A stretch of 63,187 nt of DNA, filler included, from Collodictyon triciliatum (taxonomy: Eukaryota): the NCBI GenBank assembly GCA_043381765.1. It is 6 parts of 6 records of this genome, joined end to end, with 100 filler letters (N's around TTAATTAATTAA, not from the genome) between each part and the next. Parts side by side here need not be neighbours in the genome. Positions count along the whole stretch, not along the records: positions 53,580 to 63,187 come from JBHJMP010002656.1; 5 more parts are not named here. The stretch is one strand, 5' to 3'. Below are positions 56,799 to 63,187 of the stretch, piece by piece. Position 1 is the first letter of the stretch. Each line of letters opens with the position of its first letter. The notes beneath the pieces were generated by a model. The model ran no database searches. It was not told the origin of the DNA and saw only the letters and a program-made list of their open reading frames with translations. Both the position numbers and the translations under genes were made by a program.

Positions 56799-59700
56799 AA
56801 AGAAAAAAAAAAAAGAAGGAAGAAAGAAAAAAAGGAAAAGAAAAAAGTTTAATGTAAGCATGATAAATATAAAATTGATTTAAACAGGGCATCTTTTTTC
56901 TCCATAATTAAATAAACCTTTGAAGCTCAAAGTTTATGAATCCTATGTTTTCCAACGATGTTGCAACATCAACGTGGTCATGACCAAGTGTTCGTTTCCT
57001 AATTTCTAAAGACGTTGTATATGCATCTAATGCCGGTCTATACCTTTTTTTTTTTAATTTTTTTAAAACACACATTATTTGCCGAATATGAACACAATAA
57101 TTGGCATACATTTTCCCAAAAAAAAAATCTAACCTCCCTTTCTCTTTTATTTAACCTTTAAAAAAAAATAAAACTCACTCCCCAAGATTGTAGTTGATAT
57201 CTCCGACCCTGTCATATGCCTCAACTACTTTGAAGTGGTTGGGGCCAAGACCTTCCACATAAATCTCAAGAGATTGATTGGTTGCAAACAGAGACTCTTG
57301 CAACCTAGTATATAATTATTTATTCAATATCAAGTTGAACTGTTCAACATAATTATGAGGATTTAATTGAAGGATATGTAAAGGGTCAACCTGCTCTGTA
57401 GAAATCGAACATTTCCTATATGTGAAATAATAGACGCAACATTAGGGTGTCTTTGTCCGAAAGATTTCTCAAGTATTGCCCTGGCCTTTTCATAATGCTC
57501 TATGGACTCATCGAATCTAGTGTTTTTTTTTTAATTCATCCGTTTTCAAGCTGTTGACAGAGAAATCACCAAATGTAATTTTCTTTCATTTTTTTTTTTT
57601 TAAAAAAAGGAACTCACTTTTTCTCCAATGTATAGACATGTCCTATGTTTTCAAACGATAATGCTACCAAAGGGTGTTCATTGCCAACTCTTTTAATTCG
57701 AATTTCGAGAGACTTGTTGAAGTATAAAAGAGCATCAATCACCCTGTTGATGGATTAGAAGCTTTATATATATCTATTTCGTCCTTCAAAATGAGGGAGG
57801 GGAAGGGGGTTAATACTATAACAATTTTTAGTAGCATACTTGGCCTGTAGGAGGTATATATGACCAAAATTATCATTTGATGAAGAAGCCAAGAGATCTT
57901 CGATTCCATGATAGCGAACACGAATATCATACGACTTCTTGTACTCCAATAGTGCCTCTTCGTATCTTTTGTTCAAATATAAAGTCCATAGTTCTTAAGA
58001 TTAGATGAAAAATTTGCTTCTGAAAAGTCGTTCGTAAAAAACATATACCACCATCTAATTACTAGACATGATTATATTGATTACTTTTTCTCTTTCTGAT
58101 ATATGAAGCCAATTTCATCATATATATCTGCCACTGTTTCGTCATTTTCATGACCTAACTCTTTTTTCAGCTGCAGGCATTTTTGAAGACAAATCATAGA
58201 TTCTTCCCAACTGATGTTTTTTTTTTCATTTTAATAAAATAATGCTAGACTTCTCACAAAAGAGTAATAATATAATATAATATAATATAATATAATATAA
58301 TATAATATAATATAATATAATATAATATAATATAATATAATATAATATAATATAATATAATATAATATAATATAATATAATATCACTTTTGGAGGTTTTT
58401 GTAAACGCGTCCGAGAGAAAGGTAATCATAAAATTTCGATTCTAAACAATATAAAAAAATGGGTAAGTTATGACAGGGACTGAATAGAATTATCACTTGA
58501 AAATATTCAAATACAAATCAATCGAAGGAAATAGTTTTTTCTCTATATATCTTTTCATTCACCTTCCGATGTCCTTCTGGATATACGCTGGACAATGATC
58601 GAAGATAGAAACATATTTTCGAATGATTCCAAGAAAAATTCCACAAGAACGTCTCCAACCTTGGAAAGAGTCTGAAAGATAAACCGCCAAGGCATTTGAT
58701 ATTTACAAAAATAAGCAAGAACGAAGAGCAAAAAAATCTGGTTCTCCCTTTTTCAGAAACAAAGAAACAAAGAAACAAAGAAACAAACAAACAAAGAAAC
58801 AAAGAAACAAAGAAACAAAGAAACAAAGAAACAAACAAACAAACAAACAAACAAACAAACAAACAAACAAGTAAGCAAGCAAACAAGTAAAACAGCAATG
58901 GAAACGAACCTTTATTGAAGAGCCATATACATCTTTATAATTGGCTACTCCGATGGAATTTAAAACTCTCCAGCAGGAGAAAAACTCGTATCGGTGACGG
59001 CTTGTCAACATACTCATAACAACCTATATTATCTCTTATTCATATTTGTCTTCTATGAATAATTGATATACAACAAGCTTGTTTAGATTTACTGCATGAT
59101 ATACATGTTCAGTCTTTATGTATTCAACAAGGAGTTCGTAGCTCTCTCCTTCAAGAAGTTGGTGGCAAACTTCAGCAACAAGTTCCGGGTCTGTTTCGTT
59201 GTCCTCTGCATATTGACCATAGAGCCATGTTCCATAATCTCTATGTGTTTGCCTCTTTGTTTCCTTTTCGTAGAAAAAATACTTCTCTGCTGTCTCTAAG
59301 AGCAGTTGGTGGAAGTACATATACCTGCGATGTATGGTGATGTACGCAATAGTAAGAATAAATAAGAGTGATATTAAATTAGCCATCTGAGTAGTGAATT
59401 ATTTTCCAGGCAGCCAAACCTCCCGTTACGAACAAAGAGAGATTCTACAAGAGTGAAGAAGAATGATTTCCTATAAAATTTTGACCTCAATTCAACACCA
59501 GAGTTGTAATAGGTTGTGAAATTCATCGATTATTAAAAGATTTTTCTTGAACCATTCTGCCAAGCTGAATCGCCTGCCTACGAGGCTCTCGACATATTTA
59601 TCCAAGTCTCCTTCGCTTAGACCAATACGAGAGATATAAAGAACCTTCATGGAAAGATCAACTATGTTCGACCCTTGGAAATGTTAAAAATTAGTATCAT

Positions 59701-62700
59701 CCAATAAAAACAGGATTGCTTCAAAAATAAATAATTGATTTAAAAAAGTCTTTTATATTTACTTATATGTAAACCTACCCGGAGCATTGAATTTCGATTT
59801 CCAGCGATTTATAACAAGTGTATAAAGTTCAATCACATCGGATGTCGAGAGGAGCTCAAAAAGTTCGCCATCGAGCTTTTCATAAACTCCAAAGATTCGA
59901 ATTTCATCCAAAACGATGCGAAGATATAAAGGATGTCCTTTACAAAATTAATTTTTCTTTGTTAAAAATTATGAAGCTTATGACATTTTAATTCTCCTGA
60001 TGATTGATTTTTTCCCCATATTTTAACCTGTCTTGCTTTCTTGAGCCAGAATCATATCTATCTGACTTGAGTCAAGTTTTTTGTCATAGCGTTGTAGAAA
60101 ACAAGTGGTACTCTCTTCAATCTCGCCACAAGAGAGCTTTTTAATTGGAATCACCTCCAATCCGATTTCAATTGCGGTCTTGGTGTTCGGGTCGAAAGGA
60201 AGGTTATAATTCATATAGAGCGGGTTCATTGCTAAAAATAGTAGAAGTAATAGCAAAAATATGACAATATGATGACATAAATGAAGATTATAAGCATATT
60301 ACCTTGCATGATATATGAGTGTCGATAGATGAGACAACCAATGCTGTATTTTTTGGTGTTTTCTTTGGAAGCCATGTAAGTAAATGAGGGGCTGGAGTGT
60401 TTTGTGATGGCGACAACTGGTTGATGGCATCAATGAAGAAGACGACTTTATTTCTCCTAAAACAGACAACCATAAATATTCTTGTATATAATACGTAAAT
60501 AAATATTAGCATATTTAATTCTGATACCTATATACTTAATATTAAGTATATATTGATATCAAATTCTCTCTTTTTTTTTTTTTAGGTTTTTTGCGAGGGC
60601 GGTACGCTATATTTTTTTTCTGACAAACGTTTTTGTTCTCTCAATTGCTTTCAACAATCCTTGGATTCCTTCTCTTTCAAAATCTATTATAGTTTGACAG
60701 ATTAATCTTGAAATTAATACAATTTTTTATAATTTTTTTAATCACCTGAATCTTTCATGTTTTCTGTAGAGAAGGACCGCAAAGTCGAAAAGGACTGTCT
60801 CCAAAACCGAATTGAAATGCTGGTGTTAAGTGTTGAATTATTTTGATTACTACTGATGGCCTTTTTTTCTTTCATAGAAAAATGAGAGTTAAAAAAGAAT
60901 AATTAAAATTTCATGAAAAGAATTTAGTAAAGTAATATCAAATACCTTTCAACGTAATTGCTCATACTCGTGCAACCAACGAAATGGTATATAACATTAA
61001 TACCCAACTCTGGATTAGAATCCAGCTCTTGAATAGTCGCAGCCATGAGCGAAGATTTTCCAATCCCAGATTCTGCTCCAAGAATGGTTATTTCCTTTTC
61101 AAATCCATCAAGCTGCTCAATGATCTATGAATCGGTTGTTACAAATATAAAATATGTGAGATTCGAATTCTGTATATTTCCTTTCAAATTATACTCCTTC
61201 TCCTCTATTATGTATCTTTATGGTGAGGACATGAACCAGAACCTTCTCGCTGATTGTTTGTAAAAGTTCTCGACGACCACCGAAGCCGATCAGTCGATGC
61301 ATTTTGAATTGATGCTGTGCTTGATCTTCGGGGTCCCGTACCTGTGTTAAAAACCGGCATAATATATTATCATTTATACAAAAGGGGATATGTTTCATAT
61401 AGAATAGTAGTGACATGATGTATCTTAAATTAACAAGCAACACAATCATTTGAAATTGTGAGTACCATGCGACTTGTAAAATCTTTATCTAACGCATATT
61501 TTAGATGTAATGTCACAAGGTCTGAATAATGCCTTGGCCCTTGATATATGTAAGATCCGAATTTTTCTCCAATAACCAGTTTTAGGGTGTCTTGTCTTTT
61601 GCGCTGTGCAGTAACATTTCATTAATTGATTTGTAGGTTTTAAAAGATGATTAAATTGGGACACATACCGCTTCTTGGTTTTCTGAGCGATACAAAACCC
61701 TTTCTTCTTCCGTTTTTGCTTGTTCAATTGCATATGCTTCATCCCTGAAGTAGAAGAATACTCGGCTACAGGCTGGTTTTTCAATCAGCGCTGCATATTG
61801 CACCTTTAGAAAAAAAAAGTCAGATGTTACAGCCTATCTAGTTATTATTTTTGACTACACATTTTCCATTAATATTTTGCTCCATGAAGTATCTCTGTTG
61901 ATCAAAAAATAATAGCAGTGGGGAAATATAATCAAACCTCATATTCTGTTACACTCAACCCAGGCATGCCATCGAGGAAGGGGTATTTTTTGTTTGTTTC
62001 ACTACGCCACTCAACAAATATTTCGTCAATTGTAGCATTTGGTTTTAGTCCAAGTAGCTCTTGGAGCCTTTCATTCTTGTTAAGCTCGGTATTACACTGG
62101 TTTGGAATCCAGCCATATCGAGCTCCGAGAGAGCAAACAAAATATGGACATTTCCCGATGGAGTCTAAGCATCGGATGACAACCTGAAAAGTACAGAAAT
62201 TTTTCTCAGTACTAGTATAATACAGCTATGTGTAATTGATGACAGTGATTAAGCAAAATACATGATTAAAAAATTATCGAAGAATGTCATTGGCACTCAT
62301 GTATTACAGTTCCTCAATTTTCAATGGGACATACCCATCCCTCACTGCTATCATCTGATGTGAGTCCCCAACGCAAATCGATGAAAACGAGCTCTATTCC
62401 CATAGACTTTGCATGCTTTTTGAGCCTTAGTTTGAGTCAAGTAAGAATAGACGTTGAATAACCAAACGTTCTGAATAGCACAAAAAAGCGCCAATATATA
62501 TGGTATATAAGGTACGTGAGACTTACTCAACTGCTCCGTATTGGAAAAATGCATTTCTCTCATTTTGCATGTCTCGAAATGTTGAAGATAAAAACACACG
62601 CACGACACGCTCTTCGAAAACTTGGATGCCTATTGACTTTGGTGTTGAGTAGCGCTGAGGAGGTGGTGTCCACTGCGTAAAATGTCTATCTTTGCCTTCA

Positions 62701-63077
62701 TCTCGGATTGAGTTGATCTGTTGTGAATTTTTCTGAAGTTATAACACTCGAAAAATAATCTTGAGTTTTTCTCATTTATGTATTAATAATGGAGAAAATT
62801 TTATATTATTTAACACCGTGTTTTTTTTTATCACCTTATCAAAAATAATGCATGTTCTAATCAGAACAGCACTTCCTTTTCCTTCTAGCCCAAAATCTAC
62901 AAGAGAGAGAAAAGAGAGGCGGGTCATATGATGCATATTAATGATGGTATTAAAATGGATATTTGAGGAAGGAGGAGGGTGGATAACATTAAAATTTAAA
63001 TACCACTGAAAGCAAACGGAATTTTTCCTTCATCAAACAATTCTTTGGCCATTAGGAATCGTTGAGACTCTGCTTTC
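54239..63077 (-). CDS. DUF4062-NACHT-TPR-pentapeptide-WD40 STAND NTPase; 5' end beyond window
   Basis: RVFLSSTFRDMQNERN, FIDLRWG, CPYFVCSLGARYGW. Walker A GAESGIGKSS (61050-61079) and Walker B VVFFIDAINQL. GHPLYLRIVLDEIRIFG. Six 126-nt TPR exons (58085-58210 down to 56918-57043) splice in phase into a 2506-nt last exon 54239-56744 with pentapeptide repeats and about 11-12 GH...WD repeats. Confidence 0.92.
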
Positions 63078-63187
63078 TGAATATTTTTAAAAATAAAGAG
63101 GATGCGATTTTTTTTTTTTTTTTTTTTTTTTAGAAAGCCCTTTTTTATTGGGTGTTTAATTTTTTTCTTTATTTCATAGGGGGTTTT

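Overview
AT-rich, microsatellite-laden, intron-dense eukaryotic DNA, probably from a flagellated protist because it carries a CEP104 gene. The window is not one locus. Five identical 100-bp spacers (N44-TTAATTAATTAA-N44) join six contigs; the four complete ones are in descending size order (10621, 10617, 10614, 10602 bp), so adjacency across a spacer means nothing. Main contents: (1) a decayed Fanzor1 (eukaryotic TnpB-family RNA-guided nuclease) with all three RuvC motifs, a zinc finger and a multi-hairpin candidate omega-RNA at its 3' end; (2) an unassigned ~240-nt structured RNA-like segment just beyond the Fanzor 5' end; (3) two paralogous DUF4062-NACHT-TPR (STAND/NLR-like) genes in which every visible TPR unit is an exactly 126-nt phase-2 exon, one of them extended by a 2.5-kb intronless pentapeptide-WD40 exon; (4) a formin whose FH1 polyproline motifs are separate in-frame microexons; (5) CEP104, an LRRC61-like gene, a GC-rich LRR gene, a TKL kinase, a frameshifted SMYD methyltransferase, a Myb factor, two SAM-domain genes, a decayed non-LTR ORF1-like remnant and several hypothetical or partial genes. 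All gene models were spliced by eye from GT-AG boundaries and no database searches were run.
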